Below are positions 24,950 to 36,972 of a stretch of 64,000 nt of DNA, piece after piece; position 1 is the stretch's first letter; each line of letters starts with the position of its first letter. The DNA comes from Malacoraja senta. Its lineage: Eukaryota. Below the pieces are notes generated by a model. That model saw nothing but the letters and a program-made list of their open reading frames with translations. It did no database searches and was not told the DNA's origin. The translations under genes were made by a program, and so were the position numbers. The stretch spans positions 4,342,001-4,406,000 of the forward strand of contig CM075990.1 in NCBI GenBank assembly GCA_038087875.1, given 5' to 3'.

Positions 24950-25820
24950 TGACACCTCTGCCCTAAGTCTATATAGTTTGGAGCTCAGTTGGAGGTTGTA
25001 GTGTTGAATAATCTGATTGTTGTTGGGAAGAAACTGCTCCTGAACATTGGTTTTCAGGCTCCCATACCTTTTTCCCTTAGTCAGGGTGGTGTGGGTCTCT
25101 GATGCAGGCTGCCCTTTTGAGGCAGCAATTCCTGTAGATCCCTTTGATGGTGGGTCGATCAGTACCACTGATGGACTGGGCAGTGTTCACCACATTTTGC
25201 AATCTTCTTTGTTTCTGGGCGTTGTTGCCAAACCAGGCGGGGATGCAACTAGCCCATATGCTCTTTACTGTACACCTGTGGATGTTCAAGGGATTATTCG
25301 TCGACATACCGAATCTCCTCAATCTTCTAAGGAAGTAGAGGCATTGATGTGCTTTTTTTTTTTAAATGAGTGCATCAATGTGCTGGGTCCAGAGATATGC
25401 ACGCCCAGGAATTGGATGTTTTTTACTGTCTCCACCACCGTCCTTTCGATGAAGATAGGTTTGTGGAGACTCAACCGTAATCTTCAAAAGTCAACAATCA
25501 GTTCCATGGTTTTCCTGACATTGAGAGCAAGGTTGACACAAAATGCTCAGCAAGTAACTCAGCGGGACAAGCACAATCTCTGGAGAGAAGGAATGGGTGA
25601 CCTTTCGGGTCGAGACCGTTCTTCAGAAGTTGCGAGCAAGGTTGTCGTCTGGCACCATTCAGTCAGTCAATTGATCTGCCTCCTTATTCTCTGACTCATC
25701 ATCATCTGTAATTTATCCAACAACAGTGGTGTCATTGACAAATTTAAAGATGGAGTTAGAACTGTGTAAGGCTGCACAATCATGGGTATAGAGTGAGTAG
25801 AGCAAGGGGCTGAGCACACA
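24950..25820 (-). mobile_element. Decayed Rex1-like fragment containing a hammerhead element (25536-25629)
   Basis: RRFGMS...RCTVKSI...CIPAWFGN; insert bounded by TTG(A/C)GAGCAAGGTTG at 25521-25535 and 25630-25644. Confidence 0.75.
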
Positions 25821-26869
25821 CTGGTAAACTTCCTCTGCACCCTTTGCAAAGCCTAAATTCTATTTTTCTTTACTTCAATATTGGTCTTAGTTGCACTTGG
25901 ATTTAAATTTCTGCATAGACCTCTGATATCCTTTTATGCATTCCAATTCCCTGCTCCGAAAAACTACAGAATACCTGTTGTGGTCACCTGTTGCCACCAA
26001 TATTGAAAGTTGTGCAAGTAAAACAGGTGAAAGTTGTGATGAAATCAAAATTTGCCACTGTCCCAATTATTGATGCAGGAAAGAGGTCAGAAAGCAGATT
26101 GTGTGGAATAAGTATTGCCTCATTATAAATGAATAGGACAGCATGGCTATTTATAGAGGATTTAATTGCAAGTTAGATGGTAAATTTGTGACTACCAGTG
26201 GCAATTTAAAATGTTTGTACTGTCAAGCTTCTGAAGTTTGTTTGGATCATATAGTTGACTATCTTAGATTATAATGTTAATGTTTTAAATTTCCTTTTGT
26301 TTTCATTTAGTAATTTATATGAACATGTGACACAAATACCTCAATTGTATTAACATGAAGGAATGCTACTACTTGCTGGTTTGAAGCAATCCAAATTTAA
26401 ATCATTTCAACAAATATTTATATTTAGTGAATAAAATGACGCCATTTTCAGCTGTTTATGCTCAGAGTTGTTTGTGCTGGGGACAGTAATGATTGCTCCA
26501 CACAGCTGTTTGGATTTACTCAGATCAATGTCATGTGCTGATCCTCCTTCATTTGTTTCATCAATGATTTTATTTATGTCGTAAGGTTAAAAAGAGGAGT
26601 GCTTACAAATGAAAGTGCAGTATTTATTTCCCATTGATGCACCTTGGATAGAGAAGCAGTTCGCACTTGCACATGGCAAATTCTGGGCAACCTTCAGGCT
26701 TGCACTGATAAGTAAATAAAATAAGGAAAGACGGATTCTAGTCATTGTCCATGGTTGACTTTGCCATTGTCCAATCCTTCACCATAACATTGGAAATATT
26801 CATTGACCACGTGCAATAACAGAAACAACAGAAAGAGTGTGATTACAAAATTAGTCAAGGGATACAGTA

Positions 26870-28635
26870 TTGGCTTCGTGGAACTGAGTGGAGGATGGTG
26901 GAAGGGTGTTTTTCCGACTGAAAGCTTGTGATTAATGGTGTGCCTCAGGGCTCAGTGTGGAGCCCATTGCTCTTTGTGGTTTATATCAATGATTTGGATG
27001 AAAATGCACAAAGCATGATTAAGTTTGGAAATTACACTAAAATAGATGGTATTGTAGACAGTGAAGGCTATCAAGATTCAAGATATTTTATTTGTCACAT
27101 TCACATACACCCGGGTGTAGTGAAGTGAAATGCTTTTTGCCATTATCAGCACACAAAAAAGAGAAGGGAATACAGACACACCAAGATAGTCTTAACACTG
27201 AACATCCCCCCACAATGGCTCCCACCATGAGGGAAGGCACAAAGTCCAGTCCCCAACCCCAGTTCACCCATAGTCGGGCCCATTGAGGCCTCCACAGTTG
27301 CCTCTACGGAGGCCCGATGTTCCAGGCCGTTCTCGCCGGGTGATGTTGTTCCAGCGTCGGGAGAGTCCTCCCAGCGGCCTGGGAACCCTGGAACGGCCGC
27401 TTCTGCACTGGGGGCCGCGGCCACAACTGCCGCTCTCATCTGGAGATCCCAGGCTCCCGGTGTAAAGTTCAGCGCCGCCGCCCGCAGCTGGTCGCTCCAC
27501 AGTCCCGCAGCTCCGCGATGTTTTCTCCAGCGATCCTCAGCTCACGGGAGCTCCAGCGTGGCGACCCGGGCAAGGCATCGCCCGCTCCGCGATAGCGCTC
27601 CAGTGCTGTGCCGTCGCCGAAGCCGAGGTTCTGGGCGGTCCCCGACAGGAAACGCCGCTCCAGGCCCGCTGGTAGGCCGCGAGGACGGGTCGAAGCTGCA
27701 GCCCGGAGAAAAGCTGCCTCTCCGGCCAGGTAGGGACCCTGAAAGGTAGTTTCCCCCTTCCCCCCCCCCCCCACACAAAAAGGTCTAGACTCCAAAACAA
27801 AACACTTTACTGACTAAAATAAAAAATAAAGGTGAAAGGACAGACAGCTGTTGGCTGGGCAGCCGCACACAGGTCAGCGCCCCCTAGGAGGAAATTACAA
27901 CAGGATCTTGATCAACAGGGCAAGTGGGCTGAGAGATGACTAATGCAGAGAAGTGCGAGGAATTGCATTTTGGGGAATCAAACCAGGGCAGGACTTCCAC
28001 AGTGAATGGTGGTGCTGTACAGCAGCGGGATTGAGGTACATGGTTCCCTTACAGAGGCATCACAGCTAGCTAGGGTCGTGACGAAGGGTTTTGGTACGTT
28101 TTCAATCAGGTATTGAGTATAGAAGTTACAATGTTGGGTAACAGCTGTACAAGAGTTTGGTGATGCCACATTTGGAGTAGAGTTTTGGTCACCCTGCAAC
28201 AGGAAGGATGTAATAAAGCTATAGGAAGAGATTGGATAGGCTAGGACTTTATTCCCTGGAGTGCAGGAGGCTGAGTTGTGATCATTGAGGTGCATAAAAT
28301 AATGACTGGAATAGATATTGAATGCACAGAATCTTTTACTCGGGGTAGGGGAATCAAAAACCAGAGCACATAGATTTAAGATGAGAGGAGCCAAATTTAA
28401 TAGGAACCTGCAGGGCATCATTTTCATTCAGAGGGTATGAAATGGACTGCCAGAGGAGGTAGTTGAGGCAGGTACTATAACAGCATTTAACAGACACTTG
28501 GGACAAGTACAGGGGTAGGAAAGGTTTGGAGGGATATGGACCAAACGTGAGTAAATGGAGACAGCTTAGACAGGGCATCTTGGTTGACTTGCAAAGTTGG
28601 GCCAAAGGCTCTGTCTCTCTGCTCCATTACTCTAG
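26870..28635 (+). mobile_element. Old CR1 fragment interrupted by GC-rich element B
   Basis: NGVPQGSVWSPLLFVVYINDLDE (26928-27070); resumes ~27890 (ttacaacaggatcttgatc) to tail. Confidence 0.8.
27072..27885 (-). mobile_element. GC-rich non-autonomous retroelement, family B
   Basis: caagattcaagat tail, CpG-rich body, hairpin 27692-27723, G-tract, 5' motif GGGGGCGC...GGCTGCCCAGCCAACAG; cleanly splits a CR1. Confidence 0.7.
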
Positions 28636-29084
28636 ATTATGTGTATTGCAGAATGTAACTTCTAGATTCATCATTTTCTACAGGGCTCTCGCTTAACTTT
28701 TTTTCCTGTTGCCAGCCGGGCAATCTTGGCAGCTTTTTAGGTTGCCAAATGACAGTTTAAGTGGTCATTTAAGATGGCTTGCATGACGCGTGCGATAATG
28801 TGCTCGGACGAAGTGCGTAGTTACCAGTCGGAATTATACTCAATGAAGCATTCACATATTATTTCTGCTTCAAATAAAGTCACAAACTAAACATATTCAC
28901 CAATCAAGACATGATATATCCCACAATGACATGCAGCAAAATTATAAGACAGTATCTCAACTCTTTTTACACATTGCAATTAATGCATTTTCTATTAGTT
29001 CTTTTCCACTTCCAAACAAAAATGTGGTTGGATTATTCAGCGTATGATCAACCTGTGTCCATCTCCTCCTCCTCCCGCACCCCG

Positions 29085-29267
29085 CCCGCCCTGATAGCGG
29101 CCTCTGCTTGTAAATCCGCTAACGGCGCAAAACAAACCCTCCCGCACTCCGAGGCCTCCCCCTCCCTCCCTCCCTCCCTCCATCCCTCCTCCGGCCTCGG
29201 AGTGCGGGAGGGTTTGTTTTGAAAGCCCGTTAGCGGATTTACAAGCAGAGGCCCTTATCAGGGCGGG
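29085..29267. repeat. Long inverted repeat, ~72 bp arms with (CCCT)n spacer
   Basis: 29085-29156 is the near-perfect reverse complement of 29193-29267. Confidence 0.9.
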
Positions 29268-29467
29268 AGGAGGAGGCGGTGGAGCCGTTGTTCGCGGCCG
29301 CTGCTGTCGCTGTTCGGGGCCCGTCATTCGCTCCGACCCTTCCTCACCCCGCACCTAGTATCTTTGCCCCGCAACACAGCCGCCGCCGACACGAAACGTC
29401 GCGTTCCTTTTCTCCAGAGATGCTGCCTGACCCGCGGAGTTACTCCAGTTTTTTGTGTATCTTCGGT

Positions 29468-30632
29468 ACATAGAAACATAGAAAATAGGTGCAGGAGTAG
29501 GCCATTCGGCCCTTCGAGCCTGCACCGCCATTTGATATGATCATGGCTGATCATCCAACTCGGTATCCCATCCCTGCCTTCTCTCCATACCCCCTGATCC
29601 CTTTAGCCACATGGGCCACATCTAACTCCCTCTTAAATATAGCCAATGAACTGGCCTCAACTACCTTCTGTGGCAGAGAATTCCACAGATTCACCACTGT
29701 GTAAAAAATGATTTCCTCATCTCGGTCCTAAAAGTCTTCCCTCTTATCCTTAAACTGTGACCCCCTAGTTCTGGACTTCCCCAACATTGGGAATAATCTT
29801 CCTGCATCTAGCCTGTCCAACCCCTTAAGAATTTTGTAAGTTTCTATAAGATCCCTCCTCAGTCTTCTGAATTCCAATGTGTACAAGCCGAGTCTATCCA
29901 GTCTTTCCTCATATGAAAGTCCTGCCATCCCAGGAATCAGTCTGGTGAACCTTCTCTGTACTCCCTCTATGGCAAGAATGTCTTTCCTCAGATTAGGAGA
30001 CCAAAACTGTACGCAATACTCCAGGTGTGGTCTCACCAAGACCCCGTACAACTGCAGTAGAACCTCCCTGCTCTTATACTCAAATCCATTTGCTATGAAT
30101 GCTAACATACCATTTGCTTTCTTCACTGCCTGCTGCACCTGCATTCCTACTTTCAATGACTGGTGTACCATGACACCCAGGTCTCGTTGCATCTCCCCTT
30201 TTCCTAATCGGCCACCATTCAGATAATAGTCTACTTTCCTGTTTTTGCCACCAAAGTGGATAACCTCACATTTATCCACATTATACTGCATCTGCCATGC
30301 ATTTGCCCACTCACCCAGCCTATCCAAGTCACCTTGCAGCCTCCGAGCATCCTCCTCACAGCTAACACTGCCCCCCAGCTTTGTGTCATCCGCAAACTTG
30401 GAGATGTTGCATTCAATTCCCTCATCCAGATCATTAATATATATTGTAAATAGCTGGTATCCCAGCACTGAGCCTTGCGGTTCCCCACTAGTCACTGCCT
30501 GCCATTCTGAAAAGGACCTGTTTACTCCTACTCTTTGCTTCCTGTCTGCCAGCCAGTGCTCTATCCACATCAATACTGAACCCCCAATACCATGTGCTTT
30601 AAGTTTGTATACTAATCTCTTATGTGGGACCT
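29468..30632 (-). mobile_element. Young CR1/HER1 LINE 3' fragment, RT frame open
   Basis: KVPHKRL...QGSVLG...FADDTKLGG...HLEYCVQFWSP open for ~300 codons; (catagaaa)n tail. Confidence 0.92.
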
Positions 30633-33600
30633 TGTACAAACCAGTATCTGGTTGCCAAGCCAGGCAAAATGACTCGGTTGCCCGGCGGCGCTTCGAGTGG
30701 TCAGTGGCACCCGGGCAACCTCTAATTTCGAGCCCTGATCTAGATACATCAGCAATATGATGGCATATCTTCTGCCTAGGTATTGGAGCTCCATACCAGA
30801 ACAATGACCCACTTTATCAGCAGGGATTTACTATTTGTAAGCATTCTCTCCCTCAATCTCTATGAACACACTGAACATTAGTAGCTTTTACAGATTTCCC
30901 CAACAGTGTCATCTAAACCTGTAATCCCTTCACGCCTTGAGGATTGAAAAAAGCAGCTATTAGGAAAATCATCTTTTGCAAACTTGCTTCCAAGTTGGAC
31001 ATCATCTCGATGTGGACAAAAGTGCTTTCCTTGCAAGGTGAAGGGCCAGGAACATAGTTATGTGCTATTTACAGCAGTATATTGTTGTATGTAGATCTCA
31101 GTCATATCCAATTAACAGCAGTCAGTTGAGAAAATGAACACTGAGAGCACCTCACCAAGAGAATACAGTGGCTGAAGGAGCTAACTTCTACTTTTGTGAG
31201 GTGTGAAAAATAAAAGCTGTGCTTTTCAACAAAATCCAAAGTGCATGCTTGAATTAAAAATATTGTTGGATTTTACTATCTGTAAAAAATTGTGATTATG
31301 TTTATTTTGATAGTCGCTGATTCAGGTCTAACATCCTGGAGAAAGTTCTTTCACCCTAATGACCATAATATTTTATGGTTATTTTAAAAAATTGAGAAAT
31401 TAAAGTACACAAAGTTTATTTTAGATCATGTGTAGGAAAGAACTGCAGATGCAGGTTTGCACCGAAGATAGACACGAAATGCTGGAGTAACTGAAGAGAA
31501 GAAATGTGTGATGTTTCGGGTCGAGACCCTTCTTTAGAACATCATCCAAATTGTAGCATAGTGAGTCACAAATCTGCACTTGTAACTAAAAAGCACACAC
31601 AATTGCTAAGTAAATCTGAATCTTAAAAAAGATTAAAAAATTAAGGAAAAATCTTTTTGTTTCTTTCCATTCAACAGAAGGAAATGTCATGCAGTGCGGA
31701 CTGATTTTGTCCATCTCATTAGAGTTGTGGAAGAGTAACATTAATATGAAATTTTTTGGTTTTAATTCCCCAAAGAGCAAGCTTGAAAGGTATTTTTTTG
31801 ATGTACGTAGTTGATAGCAGAAAAATGTGGCCCATCAAGTCTACCCTGCCATTCAATCATGGCTGATCTATCTCTCCCTCCTAACCCCTGTCATGTTGTT
31901 TCAAGCAGGGCGACATTGTGAATGTTGTTCAGTGGTAGCCTATTATATGGTTAAGGTAATTGTTAATCATAGTTTCATAGTTTAAAATTTTCTCTAATCT
32001 GTACTAAGATGTACATGTCCAGATAACCATATTATATTTATCCACAGTGCCCTTTGTTGAGAAAACAATGTTAAGGCACAAGCCCAGTAAGACTTTCATC
32101 TGTAAATAGGGACTTCATGTGTTAATGGATTAATAATTGGTATATGGAGTAATATAAATATTGATGTGTGGGAAAGAACTGCAGATGCTGGTTTAAATCA
32201 AAGGTAGACACAATGCTGGAGTAACTCAGTGGGACAGGCAGCATCTCTGGAGAGAAGGAAAGGGTGACGTTTAAGGTCAAGACCCTTCTCGATGATGGTG
32301 TTGTAGAAAGCTCCCCTTTTAAAACAAGTTTAATTTGAAATTGCTGTACTCTGAAGTGAAAAAGAACTAGATGCTTGTTTTAACCGCTGAGCTTTGATCA
32401 ATTAGAGCATGCTTTATTCTGAATTTGTGCTGGTAAAAATATATGGTTCATTTCCAAATGCTTAGTAGCAGCATGTTTTTCATTCTAAGTCTGGCCACTT
32501 TATTTGCAGTAAAATGGATAGTTTTGCCTGATTTACTGTATTTGGTATGAGTCATTGTCTCCTGGGGTTTCTTAATTGTGATAGGGCCTGCACTTCTGGC
32601 ATGCGCTCTTATGTTGCCGTTAAGCATTGTCCAGAGTTAGAATAGGCAGTGCATTTCTGAACACAGTCAAATTAAAAAGGGACTGTTAGGAACCTTGTAG
32701 CCTGAGCACTGCAGGAAGGACTATTGTTTTCATTCATGAGCTAGAATGGGCTATTCTAATAATGTGTCTGTGTACAAAATAGTTATATTTGAGATTGATG
32801 GCATCCAGAATTTCTCAAAATCTTGACATTGAATTGGGGCAATTTAGATGTTTGGACAAGGAGGAGAAAGGATTGTGTACCTCGTTGTGTAAATATATTA
32901 ATTAATGTTATTCATCATATTGGATAATTCTGTAAATAATCTGTTTTCCATAATGAATCACAGTCTGTATTAAAAATATTTCATTTGATTTCTTGCCTAG
33001 GAACATTTACACTATTGATAGCATTGTTATAATTGTTGTCTTTTATCAACTTTTCTATGAAGGATTGCACTGCAGATTAATTTTTCTATCGGCGTTGACG
33101 GTGTAACATCTCAGATCTACGTCTCCCGACTCCTTTGTTGATCTGCAGAGAAACTGACATCAACCAAGTCAGCTTCTGTGCTTCCAAATTTATTTGTAAA
33201 AGTTTCCATTCAAATAATGGAGCATTAAATGAAAATTAAGTGGTCGAAATAAACCCCTGATTACGCTTGTTCTTGATTCTCTGTGCACCAGGGTAGTTAC
33301 CGAATCTGTGTTTGAATTTTATCACATTAAGATGCAAATTATACATGTGCTAATTAAAATCAAAAGCTGCAAATGCCAATCTGAAATGAAAATAGAAAGT
33401 GCTGGAAACGGGGGGTTTCAACTTGAAATGTTAACTGTTTATCTTTCCACTGCTTATTAGTGTTGTAGTGTAGCGGATTACGCAATCGGGTGTATCACCT
33501 TGAAGTGATTCCAGATTCCAGCTGCTGAGCTAAAATTGATTAGTACCAATTAAACTTCTGACCAACTGTAAACATTTTTTTTTAAAAGTGATTGTTAATA

Positions 33601-34878
33601 AGGCAAAGAAGGAGAATAAATCAGCTAAAACAGCAGTTAAAATGGTTGTTTTCTTCCTCTCTATTCCCCACCCGCCAAAGCAGAGTCAAATTGTCAGAGA
33701 ATAAAATGAACAATGCATTTCTTTCAGCAAGCTTATTGATTTTGCAACTAGCTCAAACAATTCAAGCAGACATTATTTCAATAGCAGTACATCTTTCAAA
33801 ATAAACTGTTCTGAATAAAATGTTCCAATTTTACACTGAATTCTTGAGACTGTGGTGCAAGTTCCTGGAAATATTTTCTCAGAGGCCTCCTTCATCTGGA
33901 ATCACTTGTATGTGTTCTGCAATTCTTCCAGACGCATCACAGCATCCATTTCTGTCCCTTAATGAATCCAGGCCTTGAAGTTCTAAAATCCAGTCTCAAG
34001 TGCTCCACCTTCATGTATGCTTTCATTGGCTTTGATCCTTCCCAAGAAGACTTCATAATATAAACAAAAGTGATTGCAGTTTATGGTGATTCAAATGAGG
34101 GGGAAAAAACCCAGGTATGGTAATGGCTAAGTTAGTGAAACAACAGCCAGTGTTGTGGACCTTTGAACCAAAGAAATGGATTCAAATTCAACATGGCAAC
34201 TGGGAATTGAAATTCAAATAATTACATGAATATATAGAATTTAAAATGAACTAGCCTTGTTAATAGTAGTCATGTCATTTTCCCATGCATCAAGAAATGC
34301 AAGTTAAGAAAAAAATAGCATTAATTCATTTACTTTTTTTCACATAAATTCTGCAAGAGTAAATTACATTTCGTATTACAACATTTTGGCTAGTGATTTG
34401 TAGTTCTGTAAGGGCAAATTTATTTTATTCAAACAGCTGTAAAGATAGAGGCCTGTAATTACAGTCATGGCAAGACATCAGCAATTTTTAGCTCTCCCCA
34501 TTTCCTTTGCTTAGGCTGCCTGTTGTTGTGAGGAAGCAAGTAACACAGGAATAATTTTCTCTACTTGCAGTGAACCCTACCTACGTGTAGCATTCAGTAT
34601 TCACTACAGTATGATAGAAAATTGAAATGGGAAGAGAAATCAAATCTGTGTCCCATTATTCATTGGCATCATTATTGTGAGGTGTGCCACAATTGTAACA
34701 TTTTAAAATAAAACATGTATTGTGCTGAATTGTGTATAAATGTGGCTTCTTTCCCTCTTTCCTATATCCCATGCTAGCACACAAAGCCTTAAATTCACTG
34801 TTAAAATGGTCATATAATAGAGTGCAGATGTTAGCTTCTGGATTGGAATATGCAACAACAGGAATAACTGTACTCTTA

Positions 34879-36471
34879 CAGTGCCCATCATAATGTTTGG
34901 GACAAAGACCCATCATTTATTTATTTGCCTCTGTGCTCCACAATTTGAGATTTGTAATAGAAAAAAATCACATGTGGTTAAAGTGCACATTGTCAGATCT
35001 TAATAAAGGCCATTTTTATACATTTTAGTTTCACCATGTAGAAATTACAGCAGTGTTTATACATAGTCCCCCCATTTCAGGGCACCATAATGTTTGGGAC
35101 ACAGCCATGTCATGTAAATGAAAATAGTCATGTTTAGTATTTTGTTGCATATCCTTTGCACGCAATGACTACTTGAAGTCTACGATTCATGGACATCACC
35201 AGTTGCTGGGTGTCTTCTCTGGTGAAGCTCTGCCAGGCCTGTATTGCAGCCATCTTTACTTTATGCTTGTTTTGGGGGCTAGCCCCCTTCAGTTTTCTCT
35301 TCAGCATATAAAAGGCATGCTCAATTGAGTTCAGATCCGGTGTTTGACTTGGCCACTCAAGAATTGACCATTTTTTAGCTTTGAAAAACTCCTTTGTTGC
35401 TTTAGCAGCATGTTTGGGATCATTGTCTTGCTGTAGAATAAACCGCCGGCCAATGAGTTTTGAGGCATTTGTTTGAACTTGAGCAGATATGATCTGTCTA
35501 TGCACTTCAGAATTCATTATGCTACTACCATCAGCAGTTGTATCATCAATGAAGATAAGTGAGCCAGTACCTTCAGAAGCCATACATGCCCAGGCCATAA
35601 TACCCCCACCACCGTGTTTCACAGATGAGGTGGTATGCTTTGAATCTTGGGCAGTTCCTTCTTTCCTCCATACTTTGCTCTTGCCATCACTCTGATATAA
35701 TTTAATCTTCGTCTCATCCATCCACAAGACCTTTTTTCCAGAACAGTGGTTGCTCTTTTAAGTACTTCTTGGCAAACTGTAACCTGGCCATTCTATTTTT
35801 GCAGCTAACCAGTGGTTTGCATCTTGCAGTGTAGCCTCTGTATTTCTGTTCATAAAGTCTTTTGCGGACAGTGGTCATTGACCAATCCACATCTGACTCC
35901 TGAAGAGTGTTTCTGATCTGTCGGACAGGTGTTTGGGGATTTTTCTTTATTATAGAGAGAATTCTTCTGTCATCAGCGGTGGAGGTCTTCCTTGGTCTGC
36001 CAGTCCCTTTGTGATTAGTAAGCTCGCCAGTGCTCTCTTTCTTCTTAATGATGTTCCAAACAGTTGATTTTAGTAAGCCTAATGTTTGGCTGATGTCTCT
36101 AACAGTTTCATGTTGATAAACAGCAATACAAGTTTCCAAAGGTGATGGATAGACTGGAGGAAAGACTAGGTGCTGAGAGCTCTCTTATGCCTGCATTAAG
36201 GAGGCATTAAAACACACCTGAGCAATTACAAACACCTGTGAAGCCATGTATCCCAAACATATGGTGCGCTGAAATGGGGGAACTATGTATAAACACTGCT
36301 GTAATTCCTACATGATGAAACCAAAATGTATAAAAAATACCCTTTAATAAAATCTGACAATGTGCACTTTAGCCACATGTGTTTTTTTTCTATTACAAAT
36401 CTCAAATTGTGGAGTACGGAAGCAAATAAATAAATGATGGGTCTTTGTCCCAAACATTCAGGAGGGCACTG
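34879..36471 (-). mobile_element. Tc1/mariner DD34E transposon, near full length, IR/DR type, inactive
   Basis: ~225 bp TIRs starting CAGTGCCC after TA (34877-34878), with inner repeat cataatgtttgggaca; ORFs 35714-36139 (HTH, GRPRK) and 35134-35727 (WMDETK, QQDND, DLNSIE with 34 residues D-to-E), one frameshift near 35725. Confidence 0.95.
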
Positions 36472-36522
36472 AATAATTGCTCAGATTCCCTAACCAGGAT
36501 TTGCTGGGAAGCTGCAGTTATG

Positions 36523-36658
36523 TCAAAGAGAGACACAAAGTGGCGGTGTAACTCAGTGGGTCATGCAGTATGTTTCGCAGTATTATTTAGAGATACTACT
36601 TGACCCGCTGAGTTACTCCAGCACTTTTTTGTAAACCAGCATCTCCAGTTTCTTGTGT
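36523..36658. mobile_element. Fold-back Penelope terminal fragment with 11 bp TSD
   Basis: CTGCAGTTATG at 36512-36522 and 36659-36669; arms gtaactcagtgggtca / tgacccgctgagttac. Confidence 0.7.
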
Positions 36659-36972
36659 CTGCAGTTATGACAACTTAATCCTGCAGATTTGTTAAACATG
36701 GACATTATTTTTCACATTTGTTGGTTAAAATCATTCGTCTTGGCTTGGTAGTGCAAGGGAAATTATACTCTGCCTTATTACTGTTATGTGGTGTGTGACA
36801 TGATACTCTGATATCGTGTAAAACTACAGTTCCTTTGCCACCCAGTGTGCTTTTTCTCAGCAATAATATCTTTGGATTTTCTGTAAGACTTTCGTAGTCA
36901 AGGTTAGCATCATCATCAGTAAAAGAGTAGATTGGACAAAAAGTTTTGATTTTTTTTTGTTCATATTTTGTA

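Larger units (their letters stand above)
28681..30737. mobile_element. Non-autonomous hAT-like DNA element with nested CR1 and Penelope fragment
   Basis: Ends CAGGGCTC (28681) and GAGCCCTG (30737); subterminal gttgcc/ggcaac repeats at both ends; right flank ATCTAGAT fits the NTCTAGAN Charlie-type target, but left TSD is not clean. Confidence 0.6.

Noticed and set aside
29728..30804. 358 aa ORF as a novel chimeric RT gene
   Set aside because: Open frame of a young 5'-truncated CR1 extended by chance through the hAT end; lacks the N-terminal RT and endonuclease regions and frameshifts at the end.
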